NCBI RefSeq assembly: GCF_009914755.1
Contig: NC_060925.1
DNA length: 64,000 nucleotides
Strand: one strand, 5' to 3'
DNA from: the human T2T-CHM13v2.0 reference genome, Homo sapiens
The position numbers and the translations under genes were made by a program. Shown here one piece after another: positions 32,131 through 47,500 of the stretch. A model generated the notes under the pieces. The model was given only the letters and a program-made list of their open reading frames with translations. It made no database searches and was not told the origin of the DNA. The number at the start of each line of letters is the position of its first letter. The stretch's first letter is position 1.

Positions 32131-33654
32131 AATTATATTTCATCTTATTAAAGCACTTATTTAGTCAGATAAACTCTTACATAGCATGACTCTCCAACTC
32201 CATCTAAAAACAGTCTAAATCTGATGTTACTTTCTTGTCATTTGTATCTTGGGCACTGCAGTACTGGCTACTAATTAACAATTATAGCTCAGGCGCCTGC
32301 TCTCCCTGGTAACTCTCTAGTTAATATTTTAAGCCAGGCAATGCTGTCATTGGCTTCAAGGTCAACTGCAGTTTGGGGAGCAGCAGCATGATTTTTGCAT
32401 ATGGCATTGGAGCCATCCGCTCTTCCCCGAGAGTGGAGGTAATTTGGAACCCACACTTCCTCAATCGTACGTCCTTTGTGAGCACATAGAGCTGAAACCT
32501 CACACTGGGCCTAACCGGGCATGGTGATTTGGCACCTTGAATGGATTGCAAGAAAATCAAGCTCAAATAAGGAGCCACTATAAGCGCATTTCATTTTCAT
32601 CTGCCATTTACCTAGAAAGGCCACGGCTCTGCATCTGAATAACCTGATGCCTATCTTTAAAATGCACTCACTTGCTCTCTTTCCCGACTCACTGAATCAG
32701 GATAAAGAAAAAAAATACCTTTGTATACAGCAATGCCTGAACAATTTGCACACCCTGTAATTCTCAGATAACCCTAGCACTCTCCCCTCAGCTCCTGCAA
32801 GACATTTAATAGAAGGATGTGGTGCTGACATCTCATATTGTAACAATATTGTTACTATGTGGAAATATGCCAGGGTGAATCTTCTAGTAAACAGTGAAGG
32901 GCCATTAGAAGAAATGTGGTGAAATGACCCATTTCTGAGCCAACGAACAGCATACATTTAGGGATAAGAGTCAACATTTTGAATCATGTTTTCTGCTTAT
33001 TAGTTTCCAACTCTTGACACCAAACATCTTTAGACTTAGACTGAATTAGGCACACTTTGCTGATGCCTTTCAACTTGGGATTTCTTGGTTTTCTTCCTGG
33101 AGGACAGAATGGGCCAGTGGTTAACTTGGAGCTTTGATTCTGAGTTCAAGTCTGATTTTGGTCATTTACTACCTATGTGACCTTGGATGTATTAATTATG
33201 GCCAATACATGCGTTCACGTATGCATTGCATTTCACATGTGCTGAAGAGTGGAAGTAATTTACCTGTATTAGCTCTTTTAATCCTGAGAGGTACGACACT
33301 AAGAAGTAGGCGTTTTTCTCGTTACTCCCATGTTACAGTAGAAAACCAAGGCATAGTGAGGTTGGATAACTGGCTCAAAGTCAAGATCTGATCAGTGACC
33401 AAGCTAGCATTTGAACCAGGGGTCTTGACTCTGGAATCCCTGCTCTCAGCTAGTGTACTTGGGTTGATCTCTTTAAGCATCATCTTTTCTGTCCATAAAA
33501 TGACCATGGTACTACTACCTGCTTCTGGGATTCTGGTAAGGATTAAATGTTTGAACAAATGCATGTCAAGTGCATAGTGAATTACCTGGAATATTGGTAT
33601 GAGCTCAATTAATGTTGGCCATTACAATTAATGTTGGCAGCTACTTTGTCGAGC

Positions 33655-33779
33655 CTCTGCCTTGTACGACTCCAGGGGCATCACTCACAGAGAGTACAAT
33701 GTGTCTGGTGCTCCAGGGGGCCTTTCACTGTGAGTTCTGGATGACTGGCGCCCCCTGCAGTTGTGCACAACAGCCCTGT
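33655..33779. mobile_element. MER91B-like hAT-Tip100 MITE
   Basis: Quasi-palindromic ctccagggggc...ggcgccccctgcagttgtgcac...agccctg. Confidence 0.55.
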
Positions 33780-34027
33780 GGACCTGCATCGCTCTGGAAG
33801 GAGGGACAGCTGTCTAGGAATCCGCAATAGCCCAGGGAGGTGATGGTGAGGCCTGAACGGGGGTGGAGGCCGTGGGGAGAAAACCTGGGGAACCAGTTCA
33901 GTAACAACTTTGTTATCAATGATTCACCATTTTCGAAAGATCAGTCAGACTTAGGACCATGTCAGTGGCCCCAGAAGAAAACCAAGCCAATCAGCGGTGA
34001 GAGCCGCTGCACAGGAATGGCTCTGTA

Positions 34028-34200
34028 CAGGAATGGCTGCATAGTTGTGGGGACCCAGCACAAAAGGAAAACATGGGACCCCTTGTTCAAAAATTATGAA
34101 TTTCAAGACAGCAACAGCAGAGCATTAAAGCACACACAGGGCACTTCTAAGCATGGGGCTCTGTGCACCTGCCTGGGTTGCATGCCAGAAGCCAGCCCTG
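34028..34200 (-). mobile_element. MER45A-type hAT MITE
   Basis: ccccttgttcaaaaattat...aatttcaagacagcaacagcagagcattaaa...gaagccagccctg. Confidence 0.8.
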
Positions 34201-34772
34201 TCTCAGTGCTACCATCCTACCCCCAGCCCCAAACGCATCAGCCAGGGATAGGCGAGTACTGGCTCTCGGGCCTCCAGCCTGCAAGCTCATTCGCTCATCA
34301 AATTTCTCCCTCCAGGAGCACGGCCAAAAGACAAATCTGTGGCAGATGGAAAAAGATGGTTGGGACTCCAATAGGAGTAAGGCAGGGAAGATAAATCTTT
34401 AGCTCAAATGAATTGTGATTAACCACAAATACTAAGAGGTGCTTCGGGGAAGCCGGGGTGGGTAAATTGAATTCATGGGGAGGCAGCCTTCAAGAATAGT
34501 CTCTGTCCAAGAAGATCGATGCAGCACAAAGGCTTATAAGGTTTTCTTTCTCCTACCTCAGGCTTTTAGAGTGATGAGCCATGAGCTACAGGCACCTGTC
34601 TGCATGAATAAAAGATGCATTGAGACCCAGTAGACCCTAAAGCACCAGGCACCAAAGGGCCTCCGTCAAAGCTTACGACCCAGAGGCCTGACCGTGGTGA
34701 CTCTGCTGCTACCGACACTCATCTTCCAAGCTGGAGATGGCTTTTCTTCTGCAGTTTCATCACCTTTAAGAT

Positions 34773-34837
34773 ACTTGTACATGTGGGAGGTCACCACTTG
34801 TACACGTGGGAGGTCACTTGTACACGTAGGAGGTCAC
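34773..34837 (+). repeat. ~20-23 bp minisatellite, 3 copies
   Basis: acttgtacaYgtRggaggtcac x3. Confidence 0.9.
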
Positions 34838-35776
34838 CTAAGAAGGGAAGTGGTGTGATCTGAGGCATGTGGACAGCCACCTCTGATGTCTGGGACACCC
34901 TGAGACACCACCATCAGAATCCCATGGGTTAAGATCTCCTCCAGATCATCAATTTACAAACGCAGTTACCTTTACCTGGGAAGGTTACCTTTAACTTCCC
35001 ATAATGCCTTCATGAGAACAAGTGAGTAGACAATCTGGCTCTTTTCTAGCAGAGTCCTGAAGGGATGGGACACTGGACGGGTTAGTTTTGATATGCGGAT
35101 GAGGGTCTTACATGTCGGGAGCATTCGTTCATTCCCTCATTTGATATTCACTGAGCATCTCCCAGGAGGGGGCCTACTCAGGCTGAGGGCTTTGGGGACA
35201 GGAGGACGCCAGGAATCTGGTAGACGGGATTGTAGGGAGGGCTTCCCAAGGCAAACCTTGTCTGCCTTACTGCTTAAAACTAGAGCCATCCCAGAGTCAG
35301 GGAAGAACACATGTGATTAAGTCACTGTCCAATAAAGTCTGTTTCCACAGACCAAATCCATCCATTCCGGTCAGCTGATGTGCAAGACCCTCCTCACTTT
35401 TCCAGACCTGCTTCCCTCTGCTTCCCCACATGCCCCACTGTCCAGGCAAATGGAAACACCTGTGTATGTTCCAGTGGCTGAACCTTTGCTCCTCTGGTGC
35501 CTCTCACCTGAACCAGCCTTGGGAAGCATTTCCATCTATCGGGACACCCACCAGTCGGGACCCTTCCAGGTTCATCTCTGATTCTACATTCTCCATGTCT
35601 CCTTTCCTGTTTCCTGTGATCAGATGGGACCTGGTCCCCCTTTGGGCCTCCTTAAAACAAAACTTTAGCACCTCCCTCCTGCCTATGGTGTGTTCTGTCC
35701 TGTCCTCAAGTCATCTGTCCTCTTATCTGAGTCCCCATTCTTACTCTGAAGGCAAGGACTCTAAGCTCCTCATTAC

Positions 35777-35777
<1 letters not shown>

Positions 35778-35814
<37 letters not shown>
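35778..35814 (+). repeat. A37 homopolymer
   Basis: Direct reading; no adjoining Alu body. Confidence 0.95.
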
Positions 35815-35819
<5 letters not shown>

Positions 35820-36006
35820 AGAGCCTAGACAGTATCTGGCACACAGTTAATATGTTTGCTGAATTAAAGCTTATGCTCTGGCTACAAATTGCTCCAGGCA
35901 CGGAGTAGATGACATCTCCTAACCACCATTTGTCAAAGGATTCTTTTCTTTCTTTGTGGAATATGGTCTCCTATAACTGAGTCACCATATCTTGGCATTC
36001 CTTGAA

Positions 36007-36327
<321 letters not shown>

Positions 36328-36399
36328 AGCATTCCTGAATTTCTTGACCCAGGATGGGATATACATGGAATAAAGGGGCTTTTTCCACTTTTCTTATTT

Positions 36400-37156
<757 letters not shown>

Positions 37157-38318
37157 TAAATCATCAACTCCTGTTCCTCTTTGAACTCTGTCCCTTCACC
37201 CTTAATCTGCTGGGACAGCCTTTTTCCTGATGCATTTTATTAAGATTTCATCACCCGGGAGGCAGAGTTTGCAGCCAGGGCATCTTCCCGCCAGCTTGGG
37301 GGCCCAGATAAGTGGCTTTGGAGGAGGGCTGAGTCGCCAACACCTGCACACGAGAAACCTCTCCACTTGCCCCTTCTTCTGTCCTGAAATGTCACTGGAG
37401 CCTCATCCTGACACAACTCTTTCCAAACTCGCCCACTGGCTTGCTTGTGCCATCATTCCAAACACCTGCTCAGCTCTGCTGGGCCAAGGAAGCAACACGC
37501 TGCGCTTGTTAGATTCTGCGTGACTTGCAAGCCCCCAGTCTCTGGTCCTGGTGGAGGAATGTGCCTCTGGTCCCTGGACATGCCTCTGGCCTCCCTGTCA
37601 CCTCCCTCCACTTGCCCACAAAGTACCCAATGACACTGCAGAGAAGATGCCCAAGAGTCCACTGAGGACGGCGAGAGTGAGCTTAGTCCCCAGGGGAATG
37701 CAGAAACTGGAGATGATGATGGAGCTGGGCGAGCTTCCGGAACATCCTGTTGCAGAGAGCAGCTCCCGGCCTCCCTGGCACGCTTGCCTGAGGTGCTAGG
37801 GCAGCAGGCACGAGCCACCAGCCTTTGATCCCTGCGCACACACAGCTTTGCTTTCAGCAGCGCGTTTGATCCCATGGCAGCGGCTGCGGGATGACTGTTG
37901 TTTCTGTGTGATCTGCCAGCAGTGGGGATGGGACTTGGCTTTCTGGAGGAGCAGCCACATTAGCCGGGGTGGCCTCGGTCAATGCTGCGGGGACTTCAGT
38001 TGGCACCACTGTGACTGTGCTTTCCAAATGCTTTTCATGTTCCCCCTGCTTCTCATCTATACCCTTCCTTACCCCACCCACCCCAAGCACAGGGCTGCCT
38101 GCTGATGTCAGATGGAAGACTTGAATCAGAATTGCCACCTGGTAGAAAAGTAGACCATCCGAAAGGTGGCCATTTATTCATTCATTCAGTTGGTGGTTAT
38201 TTACTGAGCATCTACTGTTTGCCAGATGCTGTGCTGGGTGTTAAGGAGACAAAATGTACAAGCTAGCATCCCTGCCCCCAGTCACCTGTGTGCAGGGAGG
38301 CAGATAAGAATATCAGCT

Positions 38319-38465
38319 TGAGAGCTGGAAGATGCAAAAAACCCAAATGTCCAACAACAGATGTATGGCTAAACAAGGTGTGGTCAATCCATGCAGTGGA
38401 TTATTTTTCAGCCATACAAGAATGAAGTACTTACCAAACGTGGTGGCTTATGCTTGTAATCCCAG
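38319..38465 (+). repeat. 147-bp dispersed copy of the L1/Alu junction at 46323-46469
   Basis: Ungapped alignment, about 24 mismatches, same L1-to-Alu breakpoint. Confidence 0.85.
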
Positions 38466-38712
38466 TGGCAGTACAAGGTTGGAAGAAGTCTACAGCCATC
38501 TCCCAGGTACATTAGAAGCCCAGAGGGTCCCTTACCTCAACCTGGAGGTTTAGTGGCTTCCAAAAGGAGAGGAATCTTGACTAGCATCATGAGGAAACAA
38601 TCGGTGCAGGAAATGGGAGAGGGTGTGCCAAGCAGAGGGAACAGCACAAGGCACAGAGACAAACGCAAAGGCACAGAGGAGGAAAGCAGCGTGCATTTAA
38701 GGTCCAGGACAT

Positions 38713-39477
<765 letters not shown>

Positions 39478-39665
39478 CTACTAGCTATTAGCTATATGGC
39501 CCCAAACCAATTCATTCACCTCTCTCCCTGTATCTGTTTACCTAGCTATAAAATGGGAATGGGCATAACAAGAGTACCTGGTTATAGGGTTATTGTGAGG
39601 ATTAAGTGAGTGTGTCTGTGCCTAGAATGGTGGGTGGCACACAGTATGTGCTCCATAAATGTTTG

Positions 39666-39839
39666 CTTTCATTCTTCCTGCTCAGAGCTTTCCTTACGCT
39701 CTGTGACTTGAGACAGATCAGAACAGGGCCTAGTTTGTATTTGGAAGCCAGTCTTTCATTCTTCCTGCTCAGAGCTTTCCTTACGCTCTGTGACTTGAGA
39801 CAGATCAGAACAGGGCCTAGTTTGTATTTGGAAGCCAGT
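39666..39839 (+). repeat. Perfect 87-bp tandem duplication
   Basis: 39666-39752 is identical to 39753-39839. Confidence 0.97.
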
Positions 39840-40724
39840 GAGACCTGAGATATAAATCACACTTGTGTGCCTTCCGGGTGGCTCCTCCTCTGGCAAACAA
39901 GACCACCCTCCCCAGGCCGTGCCCTCGCCTGTTAGGGGCCCCATGAAACCACACAGCCCGCAGCCTCCACCTGAGGAAATTAAAAACCAGATTGGTTATT
40001 TCAGGGTAATCAAAAGTAACACCACAGGTCCTGACCTTTTGTTCACGAGCAGTTACATAAGCAGCGTTTGCTAAAATCTCACCTTGAGCCTCAGCTCTCC
40101 TCTCCTGTGCTCCTCAGGATGCAACCTGGTTTGGAGGTGGCATCCTGGGCCCACTCTCCACCGGTTCTTCTAGGGTGCCCTCTTGTAAGTGTAGCTGTAA
40201 AGGGTCAGCAAGAGGGCACTCATTTCATGGAAAGCGCAGTGGGGATTGCTGACTCTCATCTAAACCCGACAGAGTTAGGACGCAAAAGAGATGTGGAAAT
40301 CCCTAAAAATTCCTGTGGCATCCAGAATGAAACCTCAGCAACCATCCCTGGTAGAGTGTCTACTACCAGAACCATTGGCCATCATCCACAAACTGTCAAC
40401 AGGCAACAGATCTCTGGATTTGGAGCACTGCCATTCCAAGGCTGTGGGCCTTTATCTTCCTGAACCTCAGTTGCCTCCCCTACTAAATGGGTGTAGCCAG
40501 TGGTGTGCTGGTAAGTGTTGAACAACCAGTTCTCACTGCGGGGCCAGGGTAGGAGGCAGCGGGGAGGCTGGTGTGTGGTGTTTGCCAATTTCCTTGATGT
40601 AAATACTTAAGCTACTTACTTGATGTCCCTGATGGCAGAGTCATGGGAGTCGGCTCTCAGGAGCCAGTGAAGTCAGCTCATGCACACCACTGGGTATCAG
40701 TAAGTACTTCACAGGCTGTATGGG

Positions 40725-41278
40725 TGTAATGGTTAATACTGAGTGTCAACTTGATTTGATTGAAGGATGCAAAGTATTGTTTCTGGGTGTGTCTGTGAGG
40801 CTGTTGCCAAAGGAGATTAACATTTGAGTCAGTGGACTGGGCAAGGCAGACCCACCCTCAATCTGTGTGGGCACCATCTAATCAGCTGCCAGCACGGCTA
40901 GGATAAAAGCAGGCAGAGGAACATGGAAGGACTAGACTGGCTGAGTCTTCCAGCCTCCATCTTTCTCCCGTGCTGGATGCTTCCTGTCCTCAAACATCAG
41001 ACTCCAAGTTCTTCAGCTTTTGGACTCTTGAACTTACACTAGTGGTTTGCCAGAGGCTCTCGGGCCTTTGGCTGGAGACTGAAGGCTGCACTGTCAGCCT
41101 CCTCCTTTTGAGGTTTTGGGACTTGGACTGGCTTTCTTGCTCCTCCCTCTTCAGCTTGCTGATGGCCTTTTGTGGGGACTTTGTCTTGTGATCACGTAAG
41201 TCCGTTCTCCTAATAAGTTCCCCTTCATGTATTCATCTATCCTATTACTTCTGTCCCTTTAGGACCCTGACTAATACA
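40725..41278 (+). mobile_element. MLT2A2-type (HERV-L) solo LTR, full length
   Basis: TGT...ACA ends, tggttaatactgagtgtcaacttgat..gattgaaggatgcaaagtattg; 554 bp; perfect 5-bp TSD ATGGG. Confidence 0.9.
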
Positions 41279-43024
41279 ATGGGTGAAATGAGAAGCAGTC
41301 CGTGAAAGCTTGTGTTAACCCTGTAAGGGGTGTGCAGATGGACTCCACAGAGAGCACAACACGGGGTCTTAGGGAGGTCTGGAAATGAGCATACGCCTAG
41401 ATGTAATCTCTTCTGTGTCAGGCACATAGTAGGTACTTGTCGATATGGATGGTAGCATGGTACTTGTAGGTAGGTACTATGTACTGTGGAGATGGATTTA
41501 AGAGGCTTTTTATCTTTGATGGATTCACAGATTTGCTCCCCTCCTTGCAGTCGTTTATTTTCAAATTCAGGCTTCATGGCGTCCTCCAAATGCATGCTCT
41601 TTCCCATCCATCAGAACCTGCAAAAGTAACCTAAATCTGCCCAACCTCGCTCCCACCTACTGCCCTGTGGGATCTGGCTCTCACCTCCTCTCCATTCTCA
41701 TCTGTCCCTGCATGAGCTGGTGCTCATTCCACACCAGCCCCTCTGGCCTCATTCCACACCAGCCCCTCTGACCTCCTTGCTTTTCTTGTGGCATGACACA
41801 CATTGCCTCCCTCAGGGCCTTTGCACATGCTGTTGCCTTGGCTGGGATGCTGTTTCCCTCATTTCCCCATCACTCAGGACTCTGCACAAAGGTCACCTTT
41901 CAGAAAGCCTTGTCTAACACAGGAAACCCTCACCGGCACCCATTCTTCCTCCCCGGGGCCTGCTGTGTGTTTCTTTCTGCCTTCTATACTGTACATTTGC
42001 TGTGTGTTTCTTTATGGCCTATCCTCCCCACCGCCTCCACTAGTGGTGAACTCCTCATGGGAGGAATCTATCCTCTGCCTGAGGTAGGCCCCACTTCGCC
42101 TCTCTTCCTTCTTGGACTTGGCCCCTCCAGTCGGACATGCTAGGTAAGCCACTTTCTGGCCTCCGTTCTGGTCCTGGTTCTTCTCTCCCTCAGAGATGTG
42201 TAATCCCACAGATAAGCCTGGGTCTCACTCCTGCAAATAAGCAGCACATGCCTCAATCCAGGGCTGGGCATGGTCCTCTCAGGCACCCTCTCCCCACCCA
42301 CACCCGGGCTTTCCCAGCCAAAGCTCAGGCCACCTCCGTTCTCCAAACTCAAGGCCCATGTCTTAGTGAAGCCACGTGTCATGTCCCCATCCTGCATTCA
42401 GACCAGCCTGTGACAACCACATCTCCACCACCCCGCCTTCACATGAGCTCCATGGCTCCACAGACCTTGTCCTGCCCAGCTCTGATTCCCAGTCTCTAGA
42501 ACAAAGCCTGGCACATGGTAGGTGTGCGCTACAGACTAGGGAAACTGACAATTCTTCAGACAGTCTGGAATCGCTGGAGAGCTCCAGGATGCGTTTCTGT
42601 TACAAAAAGGGTATAGACGTGCATGGTTCGGCTCAGCTCTATGTATCGCCGTATTTTGGAAGATCACTGTCTCTTCATTTGTAAGCATGGCACCAGGGAA
42701 GACTCTCCATTGGGTGTTTCCTCAAAGTACTGCCTTTGGCATAACACGAGAGTCCTCGCCCCCATCACCTGAAGGAGTGGGAAAGGAAGGGGTGAGTTTA
42801 AGAAAGACACAAACTTGACTGAAAGGAGAAAGAGTCTCGAACAGATGGCACAACCTGCCCGTTTCTCCACAGCATGACTGTGACAAAGAGAAGGAAGACC
42901 TGAGTCCACTCAGTGGTGAGGGCAGCTCCCAGGTACCCCATGTAAGGAAAATGGTGAAGACGGCCTGATGGACTTGGAAGCAGTGGGTTAAGCTATGTTG
43001 ATGTATCATTTGGTGGCCACTTAG

Positions 43025-43396
<372 letters not shown>

Positions 43397-43689
43397 TAAC
43401 TATGTTTTGTCCAAGAAGCGCTAACTGGAGACTCTAGCAGTGGGAACCTGGAAGCCGTTCCAGGAGATGAGAGTCTATGAAGAGGGATCGATGTGAGGGG
43501 ATTAGAAAGTGTGTTGGAACCAAGAATGTTAAAAGGCCAAGTGAAGAGTTAAAGAGTTAAAAGGCGGAATGCAGAGTTAACAATACATCGAATCAAGAAA
43601 AATGAGGGCAATCTCATTCATTTTTATCACTGATCTCACTAAGCTTTTTTATTCTATTCTGCAAATAGAGGTTCTATAGCTTCAAGACA

Positions 43690-43900
43690 GAGTGTCGGCC
43701 CTGGAGTCAGGAAGATCCAGGTTCAAATTTTAGCTCCACCTTGGACTAGTTACGGGGCCCCAGGCAAATTACCTCTCCAAGCCTCAGTTTCCTCATCTGC
43801 AAAATGGTCATCACAGCATGTCTCTTTCATTGAGTAGCCGTGAGGATTCAATGAAATAGTCCTTGTGGAGTGCTTAGTGCAACTCCTAACTCAACACTTA
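43690..43900 (+). mobile_element. MIR SINE relic
   Basis: ctggagtcag...ggttcaaat...gcctcagtttcctcatctgcaaaatgg. Confidence 0.78.
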
Positions 43901-44431
43901 AAAGATGCCAGCTCTCATTTATTCATCAAAAACACGATGCCCACGATGTGCCAAGGAACCCTTCTTGGTGCTTGACAGGCACTGATTCAGTTGCTCTTTG
44001 TACACTGGGAAGAAGGGACTCCTATCTCCCCCACTTTACAGATGAGGAAACTGAGGCACAGAGAGGTTAAGAAAACTGTCTGAGTCATGCAGCTTGTGAG
44101 TGCCAGAGGCAAGTTTCAAACTCACGCATGACACCTCTGGGCTCCCTGTTGCTGCCGCTTACACAGTTTTGGGTCACCTGCTCCATGCTGAGCCTGGCAC
44201 TGGAGCATCAATGCAAACGGGAAAGGAGTAAAACCACGGTGCTATCTTTACGTTGCTTGCCCTCTTAGTGGAGGGCTCACTCTCTCCTGGAGCCCACACT
44301 TACAAAGTAGAACATAATTAAGTAGGGCAGCATCCAAGCAACTTGAAAATGTCAGTCAGTAAACATCTCTTCTCCACAAAGAAATCAATAGCCCTCGGAG
44401 GTGATCTTTGCTTTCTTTTTTCTGTTTCTTT

Positions 44432-45094
<663 letters not shown>

Positions 45095-46214
45095 ACTACT
45101 TTCTCTCTGAGGGTGAGATGAACAGAGACCCAGTAAGACATGTGTTCGTTATTTTAAACTGCTGACATTTGTGGCATTGTTTGTTACTGCGGTATAACCT
45201 ATCCTACCCTGTTTAAGGCCCCCTCTTAATACTACTTTACATCTCATTTGTACAGGATGTGTTCAGAATGGATGCGCAATGAATCCTTCTTAAGTTGAGG
45301 TAAACTCCATCAACTGAATTGCTTCAGGGCTGCAGAAGCTGAAATGGGTATTTTCATCTCTTCATCCAGAAAGGCTTCATTTGGGACACCTGTGGGAATG
45401 CCTGTTCCGCTTTCACGTTAGCCAATCTTTAAAGCTTTCATTAGCTATGATAAATTATTCAAAAAGGAGGAACACTTGAAACCTCTTTAGAATATTGACG
45501 TGGACCGACAGTAAATGAATGGAAAAGTACCTCCAGGTTCGAGGCTAACTTTCATTTAATTTTTTAGAGGAACCAGTCGAGTTGTTAAAATGATCAGAAA
45601 CGGGCCTGGCCAGAGCCAGCTCTTCAAAGAGGGGATGTTATTACCTCCTTGACCATTCACTTAATCAGATCTGGTCGATGTCAAGAAAACAAAATTCCTC
45701 GTGCGATGGTGGGCTCAGGATATAATTAACAAGCGGATTTTACTTTTACCCAGAAACCCCTTAAGAACTTTTTTTTTGGAAAAGTAGGCTTCAACGAAAT
45801 AAAAAAATTTAATGTACAATTTAGTTTCATTTCTGAAATCTTACACGATATTTTATAGGAAGCCTTGGAGACCCCCATCAGAATTCCTCTCCTTGAGTTC
45901 ATTTTTATATCTTCATGTTTTTCTAATGAAACGGTATTAGATAATAGATGTCCCCGAAGGCCATATCAAAGTTATAAGTATCTGACATGTTTCTTCTCCT
46001 GAATTTTGGAGATGTTGTCAGACTATCTGCATATCTAGGGAAGTATGAGTGTCGTGGGGACTCAAGGCTTGGATGTATTGGGAATGGGATGGCAGGTCCA
46101 TGATGAGCCAGATGAGGAGACAGCAGAGATTTACGGGAGGCAGAATCCTAACCCAAAAGTACCCCAAGGCTGACCCAGCATGGCAGATCTCCAGGTTTTT
46201 GTGATCCCAAAACC

Positions 46215-47080
<866 letters not shown>

Positions 47081-47084
47081 AAAT

Positions 47085-47500
47085 ACGTGGGAGAAAAAGA
47101 GTCACGGGGCGCAGAGGGTGGTGATAAGAGGAGCCGTTCTAATCGTCGCGGCAAAGCAGAGGCAGGCAGTGAGTGGGGGGCTTTCCGGCAGCTGCCCTCT
47201 CGAGCCAGTCGGAGCCGTCTCAGGGTGTTTCAGCATCATCGTGGCTTTCTCTCTCCGTCACCGCTCAGCAAGCTCCTCGGGGAAATGTGCGTCTCTCCTG
47301 AGTCCAGGGAGTCAAAACCAGGAGAAAGTCTGTGCCGTTATGACTGGCTGACTGGCGCTCACTGTCGGTTTCGTGACGAGGGGTGGCACGCACAGGTGAA
47401 GCCAGGTGTGAGGGGTCAGGCAGGTGACGACACATTCCGCAGTCCAGAGAGTGGCTGGGTCCCTTCTCCGCAGGCTCTTGGGGCTCTCCTAGGACTGAGA
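47085..47500. promoter_or_regulatory. CpG-enriched non-repeat islet, candidate enhancer
   Basis: Locally high CpG; GGGGCTTTCC at 47177-47186, TGATAAG at ~47122, three CAGGTG at 47393, 47403 and 47421. Confidence 0.4.

Noticed and set aside
43525-43582. Imperfect gttaa(aagg) repeats
   Set aside because: Too short and degenerate to interpret
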